Shown one piece after another: positions 1 through 9,974 of a stretch of 64,000 nt of DNA. The notes beneath the pieces are model-generated. The model saw nothing but the letters and a program-made list of their open reading frames with translations. It was not told the origin of the DNA and did not search any database. The stretch is from positions 288,001 to 352,000 of the forward strand of contig JBGAHS010000006.1 in assembly GCA_044226015.1 (NCBI GenBank), written 5' to 3'. Position numbers and translations under genes: made by a program. Each line of letters starts with the position of its first letter. The stretch's first letter is position 1. This DNA comes from Candidatus Obscuribacteraceae bacterium (lineage in GTDB: Bacteria; Cyanobacteriota; Vampirovibrionia; Obscuribacterales; Obscuribacteraceae).

Positions 1-64
1 GCAGCACTTGGAGGCATTGGTTACAACCCATACACCCTGGGTCGCTAATTGATGAGAGTGTGAA

Positions 65-1009
65 ATGAGAAGCAGACCGAACAAAGCAATTCTTCTTTCA
101 GTGCTAAGCAGCCTTGCGTGCGCTCTACCAGCGCCTGCCCAGGGACTGATGGACACCTTAAAAGACATAGTCACTAACCCCGCGTTTTCGAATTACATTA
201 GAGCGAAAGTCGCACCGGTAAGTTCAAACGGCTTCTACTCACAAAACTATCAAGCCCCCACCTTCACAGCTTCAACTCCCGCTGCTTTCGCTGGAACGCC
301 ACCAGCGATGGCGGCCCCGGCACCAGCGAACACAACAGCATCTAGCGTAGGAATGACTCTAACAAAGCAACTGGCCCCCGCCGAACTGCTTCAGCTCAGT
401 CAATACGACATCGATGTGCTTGTTGATGAATCTGGTTCGATGTCTACCCGCGATTGCCCTGATCCACTGATGACTGGCTCAAGCGTATCTCGATGGGACT
501 GGTGCCGGGCTCAATCTTCTATTTTGACCCAGCAAACTGCGGGCGTAAGCGGAATTTCGCTAGTACCATTTTCAGACAAATTTACCCGTTATGAAAATGT
601 ATCTCCGCAAGCAATCAACTCATTGTTTGCTTCTAACACTCCAGAAGGTTCAACGAATCTAGCTCTGGCTTTGAAACAAGAATTTGATCGCTATTTTCAG
701 AGTCATAGTCAAGGTTTGAATCGACGACCATTGATGATTTCAGTTATATCTGATGGCGTTCCTGATAACAAAAGCGAAGTATATAATCTGATTCGCAATG
801 CATCGATGCAAGTCGGACAAAACGAAATTTCAATCGCGTTCTTTTTGATTGGACAAGATCAAAAGGGAACAGAATTCGTTCGAGACTTACAGCGCAAGTT
901 GCAGAAAGATGGAGTAAACACTATTTCAATTACGGAGCATTCCTTCGCCGAAGTAAATCAGGTCGGGCTGGCCAGAAGTCTAGTTTATTCGATGACCACG
1001 CATTCATAG
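65..1009 (+). CDS. Secreted von Willebrand factor A (VWA) domain protein
   Basis: N-terminal signal peptide, Pro/Ala linker, MIDAS motif VDESGSM, later STNLALAL and VISDG motifs. Confidence 0.85.
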   Translation: MRSRPNKAILLSVLSSLACALPAPAQGLMDTLKDIVTNPAFSNYIRAKVAPVSSNGFYSQNYQAPTFTASTPAAFAGTPPAMAAPAPANTTASSVGMTLTKQLAPAELLQLSQYDIDVLVDESGSMSTRDCPDPLMTGSSVSRWDWCRAQSSILTQQTAGVSGISLVPFSDKFTRYENVSPQAINSLFASNTPEGSTNLALALKQEFDRYFQSHSQGLNRRPLMISVISDGVPDNKSEVYNLIRNASMQVGQNEISIAFFLIGQDQKGTEFVRDLQRKLQKDGVNTISITEHSFAEVNQVGLARSLVYSMTTHS

Positions 1010-1031
1010 CTACTCTAGAAAGATCCACACC

Positions 1032-1535
1032 ATGCAAGATTGCAAAAACTCTACAAAGACACAACAAAATACGCTGCTGATTCTCGGACTATTTTTGTTT
1101 GAAACCTTCGCTATAGCATTTGTGTCTGGTCTCATCGTTAGTGCGAATCTCACAGATTGGTATCAGTACATAGAGAAGCCGTCGTTTACTCCACCATCGT
1201 GGGTATTTGGACCTGTATGGAGTTTTCTCTACACAAGCATGGCTTTCGCCGCATGGCGTGTTTGGAAACAGCGACATAGAAGACATGTGACCAATGCGCT
1301 GAGCTTTTATCAAATTCAGCTTGGACTGAACTTTCTCTGGACAGCCGTTTTCTTCGGCTTGCATGAACCAGGATTTGCATTTTTCAACATTCTCGCTCTG
1401 CAATTAGCCAATATCGCAACTGCTCATGAATTCGCAAAGATAGATAGACTGAGCGGCTATCTGTTTATTCCATATCTACTGTGGGTTTCATTTGCAGCAT
1501 TACTGAACTTCTTTGTTTGGTTGGCTAATTTCTGA
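1032..1535 (+). CDS. tspO: TspO/MBR family tryptophan-rich sensory protein
   Basis: WYQYIEKPSFTPPSWVFGPVWSFLY, QLGLNFLWTAVFFG, PYLLWVSFA motifs; about five TM helices. Confidence 0.93.
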   Translation: MQDCKNSTKTQQNTLLILGLFLFETFAIAFVSGLIVSANLTDWYQYIEKPSFTPPSWVFGPVWSFLYTSMAFAAWRVWKQRHRRHVTNALSFYQIQLGLNFLWTAVFFGLHEPGFAFFNILALQLANIATAHEFAKIDRLSGYLFIPYLLWVSFAALLNFFVWLANF

Positions 1536-1556
1536 GACTTAGACTTGCCGGGAAGC

Positions 1557-1593
1557 AAGAGAGAGGCGGCTCTGAAAAGGGCTGCCTTTTTCT
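1557..1593 (+). terminator. Rho-independent terminator, possibly bidirectional, between convergent genes
   Basis: gagaggcggctct-gaaa-agggctgcctttt hairpin followed by a T-run. Confidence 0.7.
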
Positions 1594-1605
1594 ATCTAGG
1601 CTTAG

Positions 1606-3252
1606 TCAGAGTGCTAACTTGCGATGTAGTCGAAGCCGCACTTTTGCCAAGTTTGATTCATGTGCCAATGAGTTCTCGTCGCCGACTTCACTGCTAACTC
1701 GAAAAATGCCGATATTGCCAACAGCTTTTTCAAGCCTGTAGCCTTGCTTCAATTTTTTGTCTAGTCCCTGTGTAAATTCGCTTTCAGCTGAAACAGTAGA
1801 GCGTAGTCTTGTCACCACATATATCGGTTTCCTGGCAAAAATTTCGTTTAGCTCTTGCTTTGCAGTTGAAGGTTCGGAATATAGCGATGCGAGCACTTCG
1901 GACTTATCCATATTTGTGGGATGAATGAACCGTGTGGGACTCTTTGCATTGGTTAGCCACAATCCAATATGGACAGCGTGAAAGTAGACATAGCGTCCCT
2001 CGACAGAGCGAGCTGCTAGATATTTAGCAACTTCGAGATCTTTATCTGTTTTCTTGCCGGTAATATACATGCATGCAGTTATGTAAGCCATCGGTACAGG
2101 CATGAGTGAAACAAAAAAAGCACACACAAGAATAAGAGTAGATAAGGACCTCTTCGACTGAGTCGTGAAGTGCTGAAATGCCGAAGCAGCCAAAGCTGCA
2201 GTGAAGGGCAGCAAAGCAATATAATAGCGTCTTGCGTGTATTACGCCCGGAACAAGCATAGTGACGAAACCACAGACAATGCATAACACCATTGCTATCA
2301 GGAACTCTCGTTCTTGCCTCTTGTCCGCAGTTAAAACCGGGGCTCTAAGAATTCTAATCACGTTGTAAAACGGCAGAGCCCAACACAAAATGAATGCTGC
2401 CGGATTAGCTGCTTTTATCTGCTGAAGCACTTCCGGAATTCGCTTGAAGAATTGTGCTCGCTGATAGGATGCGCTGGCAAGTGAGGCACTCAAGGACGAT
2501 TGCACAAGCAATTTAAAGTTACAGGTTATGCAATAGATGAGCAAAACAATCAATTGAGGCAATGCAACACCAGTAAATAGAGCTAAGGAACGCTTGCAAA
2601 TGCCTTTCCATCCAAATTCCTTCCATTTGAAGATCGCCATTAGAAGCGGCGCTAAAGCGAAAAATGCCAGGTTCGTTTTCAGCAGAGCGGCGAGACCAAT
2701 AACTAAACCCATCCTAAAGAAAATAATTGTGGTCCACTCAGCCGAGCAAGTCAGGAGAACCACAATTGCTAGCGGCACCAGTGCTATGTGTTCCAGCATT
2801 GTACAACCGGCACGATCGTCGGTTGTAGCAAATAGAATTAGCGAGATCGATGCTAATAAAGCGCTGAGCTTTCCAAATTTAAATCGGCAGGCAAAATTAA
2901 TTATTACCGCCGCTAGCCAAACACAGAGCGCACCTCCAATCCTGATGGATGCAATGGACTTTCCAAATAACAGAATAAAGAGTGCATATGGAAGACCTGC
3001 AGCAGGAGGCTTTAGCTCGGAATAGAAAGTTTGAGGGAGGTGACCGTTAAGTATGTCCTGTCCGAGGATTGTATAAGTGCTTTCGTGCCAGTGAATCACA
3101 GTTGGAACGAAGTAGGGCAACCGAATCACAATTGTTAGGAAGAACAAAATGACCGCATCACGGAAAAACAGCCTCTTTTCGCATTCGGCTTTTATAAGCG
3201 GAATGCAGTTTTGCATTGACGAAAAGGCGTTAAGAGCACTTGCTTTGTTCAT
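1606..3252 (-). CDS. ArnT/PMT-like (GT-C fold) membrane glycosyltransferase
   Basis: Multi-TM protein with HESTY..LGQDILNG and ELKPP motifs, GLAALLK; start set at MNKAS (3252) with gagga RBS, although the ORF track opens at 3330. Confidence 0.75.
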   Translation of the reverse strand: MNKASALNAFSSMQNCIPLIKAECEKRLFFRDAVILFFLTIVIRLPYFVPTVIHWHESTYTILGQDILNGHLPQTFYSELKPPAAGLPYALFILLFGKSIASIRIGGALCVWLAAVIINFACRFKFGKLSALLASISLILFATTDDRAGCTMLEHIALVPLAIVVLLTCSAEWTTIIFFRMGLVIGLAALLKTNLAFFALAPLLMAIFKWKEFGWKGICKRSLALFTGVALPQLIVLLIYCITCNFKLLVQSSLSASLASASYQRAQFFKRIPEVLQQIKAANPAAFILCWALPFYNVIRILRAPVLTADKRQEREFLIAMVLCIVCGFVTMLVPGVIHARRYYIALLPFTAALAASAFQHFTTQSKRSLSTLILVCAFFVSLMPVPMAYITACMYITGKKTDKDLEVAKYLAARSVEGRYVYFHAVHIGLWLTNAKSPTRFIHPTNMDKSEVLASLYSEPSTAKQELNEIFARKPIYVVTRLRSTVSAESEFTQGLDKKLKQGYRLEKAVGNIGIFRVSSEVGDENSLAHESNLAKVRLRLHRKLAL

Positions 3253-4382
3253 CGTGTCCTCAAGAAAGTGCTGACGTCCTTGATCCGCTGCCCAATGCCA
3301 GAGCGGTTGACATATCAGTCCAGCATACATTCACCACGGCTGACATTCTCATTGAGTCGAGATCCTAACTCATAAGCAAATGAATGCTACTGGTATTTTC
3401 ACGATTGCAAAGGTAATCTCATCACACCCGCAGGATTGCGAAGCTAGCACTATCGCAGATTGGTTCCGAACCGAGCTTGCTCATTTATCAAGCACACGTT
3501 GCCGACGTAGTCGGCAGTTAGCTTCAAAAACCCTGTCCCCGGTTGCTTTTCAAATTCTTTTCGAATCTCACACAGACGCGAACAATTTACACGAAAAACA
3601 AGAAAGCGAAAACCCACATAGTCCCGGGCTTAGAAGCATCACCCATTACTACTAAAGACAGTGAAGATACGCAGCTCGACAGTAAGGCGAATTCAAAGCC
3701 TGTATTCATGCAGCTTACAAGAATTCCACGTTACTACAGCAGGCAGTGTACTTACGCAATGATGAAGTATGGACCTCATACGTATAACTACTAAAGCGGC
3801 TTTTGCAAATATCACATACACAAAATACATTCTCATTAATTGCTCTCAGAAACTCGAATGCACTCAAAAGGCTGATAGACAGCGCATCTGCATCAGACTC
3901 GCAGACAAAAAGCAAACACAAAAGATATATCCACCCCAACGAGCATCTCATACAATCCCATATCTAAGAGGTTCTTCGCATATTTGCAGATATATCCACG
4001 AAGTTAAAATCGCAGCTTTCTTTTTCGATTTAATAAAACCGCTCACACATTTCGTCCTCTTAGCAACCCGATTTGATGCGGGTTTCGAGCAGCTATATAT
4101 TGCGAAGCTATAGCGCCTGTATGCATTCGGTCATCTTGCTAATCGTCTTAAGCACGGCTTATCATTGAGAGTAACAGAAATCAATTCAGCGCAAGTGCAA
4201 TTGAGCAGTTCTAACAGAGTGTCACAAAGACACCGTAGAAATGTGGTTAATCAAAGCGCACTGCTGCCGGAAAAGTCCCTCGACCTTTTCCTGGTTTCTC
4301 ACATCCTGGCATACGCAGCATCACCACTCCCTCAAACGAGGGATACCCCGCTGCACCCGTCCACACCTACAAGGAGGCACTC

Positions 4383-4721
4383 ATGAAAAGCGCAGCTGAA
4401 CTACAATCTCTGGCAAATCTCGCAGAAGAACGCGGTGACTATGCCAAAGCAGCGCGGCTACACAAAAAAGCCCTGGCAAAATTAGAACGTGAAGTCGGAA
4501 TTGATCAGCCAGAACTGATCGATTACCTCTTCAATGTTGGCATGATTTGCTGCGCGCTTGATGATAGACAAGCTGCTGAAGTTGCTTTCACCAGACAGCT
4601 CGACCTGCTTCTCCAGTTTTATCCAGAGCAACATGTCGATGTTATCGAGCTTCGCCAGATTCTAACTGACATTCACGACAGTGAAGAACTCGCAGTAAAG
4701 CCGCTCAAGATCACTGCGTAA
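4383..4721 (+). CDS. Small tetratricopeptide repeat protein
   Basis: LANLAEERGDYAKAARLHKKAL and LFNVGMICCALDDRQAAEVAF TPR-like helices; strong aaggagg RBS. Confidence 0.75.
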   Translation: MKSAAELQSLANLAEERGDYAKAARLHKKALAKLEREVGIDQPELIDYLFNVGMICCALDDRQAAEVAFTRQLDLLLQFYPEQHVDVIELRQILTDIHDSEELAVKPLKITA

Positions 4722-4822
4722 GCTCTGGCTGTTTATGGGTTTTGACCATTAAATCACCACACATTAATGGTCCGAACTTTCATTAAAGCAGTTAGCACTT
4801 GCATACTCCCAAACCAAACCTG

Positions 4823-4857
4823 AAATAACGCCTCGACACCGGGGCGTTATTTTTGTT
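4823..4857 (+). terminator. Rho-independent terminator
   Basis: aaataacgcc-tcgacaccgg-ggcgttattt hairpin plus T-run. Confidence 0.75.
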
Positions 4858-5032
4858 GTAAAGCAGATAAATCTCATTTTCTTGCCTTTTCGTAGCAATT
4901 TTCATCATTCTTGAAAAGTATTGCGAACACTTGGCATTGAAGCTTGACGACTTCTGTCATTGAATGCGCTTAATCCCGAAATTTCCGCCGACGCTATAAT
5001 ACGAACTCTTTACAGGTATACGAGAGAAAGTC

Positions 5033-5584
5033 ATGAACAAACACTTGACTACATCCATTTCACTAGTTCTTGCAGCCAACATATGTGCTGCGATTCCCGC
5101 TATCGCTGAGTTCGAAGAAAACGATCGAGGCGTTTCAGCAGAATTGAAGATAATGGTTCCTCCAGAAGTTACCTACGCAGCAGCGAAAGCAAGTCGTGAA
5201 GAATCTGACGAAGGCTGCAAAATCATTTCAAGCACCCCAGCTGCTTGCGTAATCGAAGAACTTTTTGACGGTTTGCCAGTCATCGGTAATGCAAAATGCA
5301 CTTATCGAGAAAGCTATGAGCCTCTCAGAATCATATACAAGATGATCAGTTCGGACAAACTCAAAGCATTTGAGGGAGAGTGGACATTCACTCCAGCAGA
5401 TGATGGACAGAGCACGATAGTAAAGCTAAGAAGCTACATCGACACCGGATTAAAGATTCCGTTTGCCCGTAAACTAACCAATATGGGTACGAGTAGTGAA
5501 GTAAAACAGCATCTTGCCGAACTAAAAAAGTCAGCTGAAAATCGTTTCAAACGAATAGCGAAAGTAAGAAACCAGAGTACATGA
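5033..5584 (+). CDS. SRPBCC / polyketide cyclase-dehydrase-like protein with signal peptide
   Basis: IIYKMISSDKLKAFEGEWTFTP and TIVKLRSYID pattern typical of the START/SRPBCC fold; N-terminal signal peptide. Confidence 0.7.
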   Translation: MNKHLTTSISLVLAANICAAIPAIAEFEENDRGVSAELKIMVPPEVTYAAAKASREESDEGCKIISSTPAACVIEELFDGLPVIGNAKCTYRESYEPLRIIYKMISSDKLKAFEGEWTFTPADDGQSTIVKLRSYIDTGLKIPFARKLTNMGTSSEVKQHLAELKKSAENRFKRIAKVRNQST

Positions 5585-6207
5585 GCCTGGGCAAGGTCAT
5601 TATAATCAACGGCGGCTCAAGCGCTGGGAAAACGAGCATGGCTCTCGAGTTTCAAGAGATTGAATCTGAGCCATATTTTTTGCTCGGCATCGATATGTTC
5701 TGGTTTTCGATGCCGCAAAAAGAGATCGATCTGGAACGCGTAACACCCCAGTACTACAGGTGGTGCCAGGAAAAGACTGAAGATGGGCTGGAGTATTTTC
5801 GCATTCTTCCAGAGCGCTTATTGAACGAGAGTATGCTTGCCCGATATACGTCAATGACTGCATATTTGGATCGGGGTCTTAATGTGATCGCCGACGAGGT
5901 ACTATGGTCTCAAGAATGGCTGCTGGAGTCACTTCGGGTATTTCATAACTATCAGACATACTATGTAGGCGTTTACTGTAGTGATGAAGAGCTCAGAAGA
6001 CGCGAAATTCAACGTGGCGATCGCTATTTAGGGTGGGCCAGAGGCTCTCAAATATACGCCCATAAAGACGCAATATATGACCTCAAGATTGATAATACAA
6101 CGTTGTCTCCACTGGATTGCGCAAAAATGATCAAGCAATTCGTTGATACAAATCCAAATCCCGAAGCGGCCCGGAAGATGCGAGAAAAATTTTCCAGTTG
6201 CATATAG
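5581..6207 (+). CDS. Chloramphenicol phosphotransferase-like P-loop kinase (CPT family)
   Basis: GKVIIINGGSSAGKTS P-loop, GLNVIADEV, REIQRGDR, YDLKIDNT; ATGA overlap with the upstream gene. Confidence 0.88.
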   Translation: MSLGKVIIINGGSSAGKTSMALEFQEIESEPYFLLGIDMFWFSMPQKEIDLERVTPQYYRWCQEKTEDGLEYFRILPERLLNESMLARYTSMTAYLDRGLNVIADEVLWSQEWLLESLRVFHNYQTYYVGVYCSDEELRRREIQRGDRYLGWARGSQIYAHKDAIYDLKIDNTTLSPLDCAKMIKQFVDTNPNPEAARKMREKFSSCI

Positions 6208-6244
6208 TTGAATGTCTTTCAGTTTAGTTCTTCACTTACTGATT

Positions 6245-6290
6245 CAGTTCTGTGCTGCAGTTCTGTGCTTCAGTTCTGTGCTTCAATTCT
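6245..6290. repeat. Intergenic 13-bp tandem repeat (cagttctgtgct[g/t]) x3 plus a partial copy
   Basis: Units start at 6245, 6258 and 6271, partial unit at 6284. Confidence 0.9.
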
Positions 6291-6390
6291 TAAATTCTTC
6301 AATAAAACTCCTCTCAATAAAAAACTCAGACCGCAACTTTTTTTTGATCAGTGGGTAATTGAATTCGTACCCCCCCGGAGAAAGATAAAA

Positions 6391-7680
6391 ATGAGAAATG
6401 CAATTCTTGCATCAGCACTGTTGACGATTTTAGTCCCGACGTTTCTGGCTGAGTCTGCCGAAGCAAGAGGTTTTAAATACTCTGGAGCAAGAGGCACAGC
6501 ATCAGGCTTAAGCGGAAGTTGGAACGGCAAATCTGCAGGTGCCGGAGTAGGTAGCTTCTCAGGTCGCTACGGCGGGTCAGCAAAGGGCGCCGCTGCAGGC
6601 TTTTCTGGACAGCGCGGCGCCCTGGGAGGCGGTGCATTTTCAGGAAAAACACCCTATGGCGGAACCTACAAAGGCGGGGGCGCAGGATTTGTGACTCCGA
6701 ATGCCGCTGGAGGCGCGGGCGCCTTTGGAGGAACCACAGCAGCAGGCAGCCAGTATGCTGGAAATGGAGCTGGAATTTGGAAACGCGGCGTGGGCGGCGC
6801 CGAAGCAACAAATATGCATGTAAATGGTGCAAATGGATCAAGTTACAGTGGATACACGCGAGGCGCATACAATGCTCAAACAGGTCAGGGAACCTACAAC
6901 AGCGGAAAATCCGTAAACACGGCGCAGGGGCAGCAATACGGCTACAACCAAAATACAGAATTCACGAAGGGTTCAGGAGGCACAACCGACATCAATACAG
7001 CAAACAAGGGTTCCTATGAAGTAGATTGGCAAAAAGGGGAAAAACCAACAGTCACACAGACATCTGGAGGCACCTCTAGCACGGGAAGTGGATCAGGAAG
7101 CAGTGGATCCGGAAGCACAGCAAGCACAACGTATAGTTCATCTCAACCCGCTTCAAGCACGCCTTCCTCCTCGTCATCATCCGCGTACTACGCAGCACCT
7201 CAATCATCAAGCACGTACTATTATTCAAGCCAGCCCACGCAAAGTACACCATATTATCCAACGACCAGTACAGTCCCGGTTCCTGTCGTAGTGCCAGTGC
7301 CAGCTCCGGTGCCAGTCGCGGTTCCAACAACGGTAGCAGTTCCTATGCCAGTGTCACAGCAAGTGCCCTACTACTATCAAAGCCCGACGTCATCGAGTAC
7401 ATCTACTACATCGGAATCAAACACACCATCCGAAAGTATGCCTATGCAAAACCAAACGGTGAGCTCAACAGACACAAACACAAATTCAAATTCAAATACA
7501 AATAGCTCATCTACACAAACTGCCCAGACTCCCCCATCAGGTTCAACTTATGCAGCGGCCCCATACCCGGTAAGCCCCGCACAAATTCAAGCTGCAGCTA
7601 GACTGAGACAGGGATTTAGACAAGCAAAACAGAAGTTTCTTCTGCATCAAGCTACGAATGTACAAGCACAGCCACAATAA
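6391..7680 (+). CDS. Secreted Gly-rich / Ser-Thr-Pro low-complexity protein
   Basis: Start MRNAIL at 6391 after ggaga RBS, signal peptide ending AEA; Gly-rich repeats, Ser-rich linker, VPVPV tract. Confidence 0.75.
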   Translation: MRNAILASALLTILVPTFLAESAEARGFKYSGARGTASGLSGSWNGKSAGAGVGSFSGRYGGSAKGAAAGFSGQRGALGGGAFSGKTPYGGTYKGGGAGFVTPNAAGGAGAFGGTTAAGSQYAGNGAGIWKRGVGGAEATNMHVNGANGSSYSGYTRGAYNAQTGQGTYNSGKSVNTAQGQQYGYNQNTEFTKGSGGTTDINTANKGSYEVDWQKGEKPTVTQTSGGTSSTGSGSGSSGSGSTASTTYSSSQPASSTPSSSSSSAYYAAPQSSSTYYYSSQPTQSTPYYPTTSTVPVPVVVPVPAPVPVAVPTTVAVPMPVSQQVPYYYQSPTSSSTSTTSESNTPSESMPMQNQTVSSTDTNTNSNSNTNSSSTQTAQTPPSGSTYAAAPYPVSPAQIQAAARLRQGFRQAKQKFLLHQATNVQAQPQ

Positions 7681-7689
7681 CAAAATTGA

Positions 7690-7953
7690 TCAGACATCAT
7701 CAGCATCGAGCAATCCTATGGAATCAACAAGAAAAAGTAGGATTGCTCGATATCGTTCTGTAGCTTGCTCCGCCTCATCCATTCGACCTAGTTCTTCCAA
7801 CAAGTCTGCGTACTCCATTAAACAAATTCCCAATTCTGAACTATTCTCACCGAACATTTTCTCGGCCAACACCATCGCTTCTTTGAATAGCTCCTCAGAT
7901 TTCTTCTCCTTTGCGTGGAGAAGAACTACTGACCATGATCTTTCTTTGTCCAT
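7690..7953 (-). CDS. Small TPR protein
   Basis: EELFKEAMVLAEKMFGENSSELGICLMEYADLLEELGRMDEAE, kinesin-light-chain-type TPR; probable start MDKER at 7953. Confidence 0.65.
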   Translation of the reverse strand: MDKERSWSVVLLHAKEKKSEELFKEAMVLAEKMFGENSSELGICLMEYADLLEELGRMDEAEQATERYRAILLFLVDSIGLLDADDV

Positions 7954-8177
7954 TGGAACACTCTCTTGCTGACGCAAAACCAGCAGCGAAGGCACAACAG
8001 TGACTCAATATTTTTTCTAATCGATCCCTCTATAACAAATCAATTAGGATTGGCAGCAGATGTCGATTTCGACAAACTGGGCCATCGAGTAGCACTAATA
8101 CACAACATGATCAACCGGACCATTACTTCCAGAATAGTGGAATTAATGACCTTTAGCAATCAACGAATACTAGACAC

Positions 8178-9413
8178 TCAGGATTTTTTCTTCTTCTCTG
8201 GCAATTTCAGTGCATCATCCAATTTCTGCAAAAGTTGAGAATCATCCATAACCCACTTACGCTGATCTTTTCGGGGCTGCTTCGCAAGCAATGCTGTCAC
8301 GACAAATTGTTTTTTCAACACAGAACTGCTGTTACTATTTTGCCTCAATTTAAGGGCCTCAGCAGCAATCTTTTTAGCGTCAGAGTCTTTGTGAGCGGCA
8401 AGCGCTGCTACATAAAGTAGAGATGCATCTTTTGGAAACGTATCGTATACGTCCTTCATCCCGCGACTGCGCATCGCATCCATTACCTTTTGCGAAAGTG
8501 CATCCATTTCTTTCAACTTAGTCATCGGGTTAGGATAGAGGTAAAGCAAATCACTCCATCTGTCAGCGTTCACCAGGGTGCGCTCTAAAAGAACACTTGC
8601 CTCTTTAAGCTTTGCAATTTCATCCGGCTTAGCTTTGATGCTATCAAACCAAACTAGAGTACTTCTCTGATCACGCAAAATATCATTCAGAGCCACGAAA
8701 TCGAAATATTTACCTTCCGCCAGAGCACTAGTCCTCAACGCTTCAAACTTCTCTTTTGCCGGAGCATAGGACCTGGATAGGCTTGTCATTTCATGAGCTA
8801 GAGAGCCTACTCGTTCAGTTTGAGCAGCAGGCATAGCGGTCGCTATGTTTTGCCAAAGCCAAACGTAATTTTCTAGCGCACCATCCTTACCATCTGGAAG
8901 GTTTGCCAGGGAATGTGCCAGCTTGAAGCGCGCCTTGACCTCCTCTTCACCGCCTTTTCCAGCAAAGCGCTCAACTTTATGTTTGAGAAGATCTATAGCT
9001 TTGTCACCCTTCTTGATTCCTTCGAACCACTCCATAATTTCGGTGGAGTTGAGATAGCCAACCTGTCGGTCAAATTCCTTTTCCATTTCTGGAGGAGTAA
9101 ACGCGACAACAGAAGGCATCGCAAGAATATGAAAAGCTGATGACTCTTGGGTGTTTTTATCAACATCAAGTTGAATTGCAACTGCGTTTTCATCAACCCA
9201 TTTTTTCACGCTTGCATTGTTCCATGTGTCCGCTTCCATTCTGTGGCAGGGTCCACACCAAGATGCCATAAAATCGATCAGAAGAACTTTGTTCTGCGCT
9301 TTAGCGGCAGCTTTTGCGTCAGCTAACGAAAGACCCTTAAATACATCAGAAGCAGCGAAACAAGATTGAAACGCTGAAAGCGCCAACGTAAAAGACAACA
9401 ATGTTTTTTTCAT
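8178..9413 (-). CDS. Secreted thioredoxin-fold protein with C-terminal helical domain
   Basis: Signal peptide MKKTLL; VLLIDFMASWCGPCHRME active site; start overlaps the upstream stop (TAATG). Confidence 0.82.
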   Translation of the reverse strand: MKKTLLSFTLALSAFQSCFAASDVFKGLSLADAKAAAKAQNKVLLIDFMASWCGPCHRMEADTWNNASVKKWVDENAVAIQLDVDKNTQESSAFHILAMPSVVAFTPPEMEKEFDRQVGYLNSTEIMEWFEGIKKGDKAIDLLKHKVERFAGKGGEEEVKARFKLAHSLANLPDGKDGALENYVWLWQNIATAMPAAQTERVGSLAHEMTSLSRSYAPAKEKFEALRTSALAEGKYFDFVALNDILRDQRSTLVWFDSIKAKPDEIAKLKEASVLLERTLVNADRWSDLLYLYPNPMTKLKEMDALSQKVMDAMRSRGMKDVYDTFPKDASLLYVAALAAHKDSDAKKIAAEALKLRQNSNSSSVLKKQFVVTALLAKQPRKDQRKWVMDDSQLLQKLDDALKLPEKKKKS

Positions 9414-9889
9414 TACCAATTCACTTTCGGAAGGATTATTCTGGCCAGTTCTTCTTGTTTTAAAGGATCAGGCTGTTGAAATGTGCCAGCAGAAATAGTC
9501 AACCAATTACAGCCTTTCAATACGTTGAGTTGAGCAGGACGTCTAGTTCTAAAGGCACTATATCCAAGACCAGGCACATCCTCACCCTGAAAAGCCTGTT
9601 TACTCGACTGGAAATTAGTTTGTGCTTCAGCCGGACTTCCAACATGACGAATTAGTAGCGCTATCGAAGGTCCATCTGAATAGTAATTCGAACGACTCGT
9701 CCAGTTAGGACCGCTTTCAGTGTCACCCTGATTTCCAGAACTTGCCTTAACAGGAACACCTAAAATCTTCTGAGCGATTTCGGGAGTCAGAAGATCAGCT
9801 GCTTTGCTGCGCCCCTCTTGAGCAAAACTTGCCTGCTGAGCCAGCAAACTCAAGAATGTCCCAAGGATTATCGCAGCAGTCTTTCTCAT
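9413..9889 (-). CDS. Secreted hypothetical protein
   Basis: Start MRKTAAII at 9889 with ggaga RBS; signal peptide ending SFA; translationally coupled to the thioredoxin gene. Confidence 0.65.
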   Translation of the reverse strand: MRKTAAIILGTFLSLLAQQASFAQEGRSKAADLLTPEIAQKILGVPVKASSGNQGDTESGPNWTSRSNYYSDGPSIALLIRHVGSPAEAQTNFQSSKQAFQGEDVPGLGYSAFRTRRPAQLNVLKGCNWLTISAGTFQQPDPLKQEELARIILPKVNW

Positions 9890-9974
9890 TTTGAATCTCC
9901 GGCAATGCACTAATGATATTCCTAAGGAAAGCCTGGTGCAAACCACAAGTAATTCTATCATTGAACCGAGATAT

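Noticed and set aside
3380..4386. Short ORFs of 73-114 aa in the long intergenic gap
   Set aside because: Mutually overlapping, no clear RBS or motif
5581..6207. Chloramphenicol resistance determinant
   Set aside because: CPT-family membership does not establish substrate, and there is no mobile context
6245..6290. Possible mini CRISPR array
   Set aside because: Units are 13 bp and contiguous, with no spacers
6208..6390. N-terminal extension of the 490-aa ORF
   Set aside because: Reads through the intergenic repeat; RBS and signal peptide point to a start at 6391
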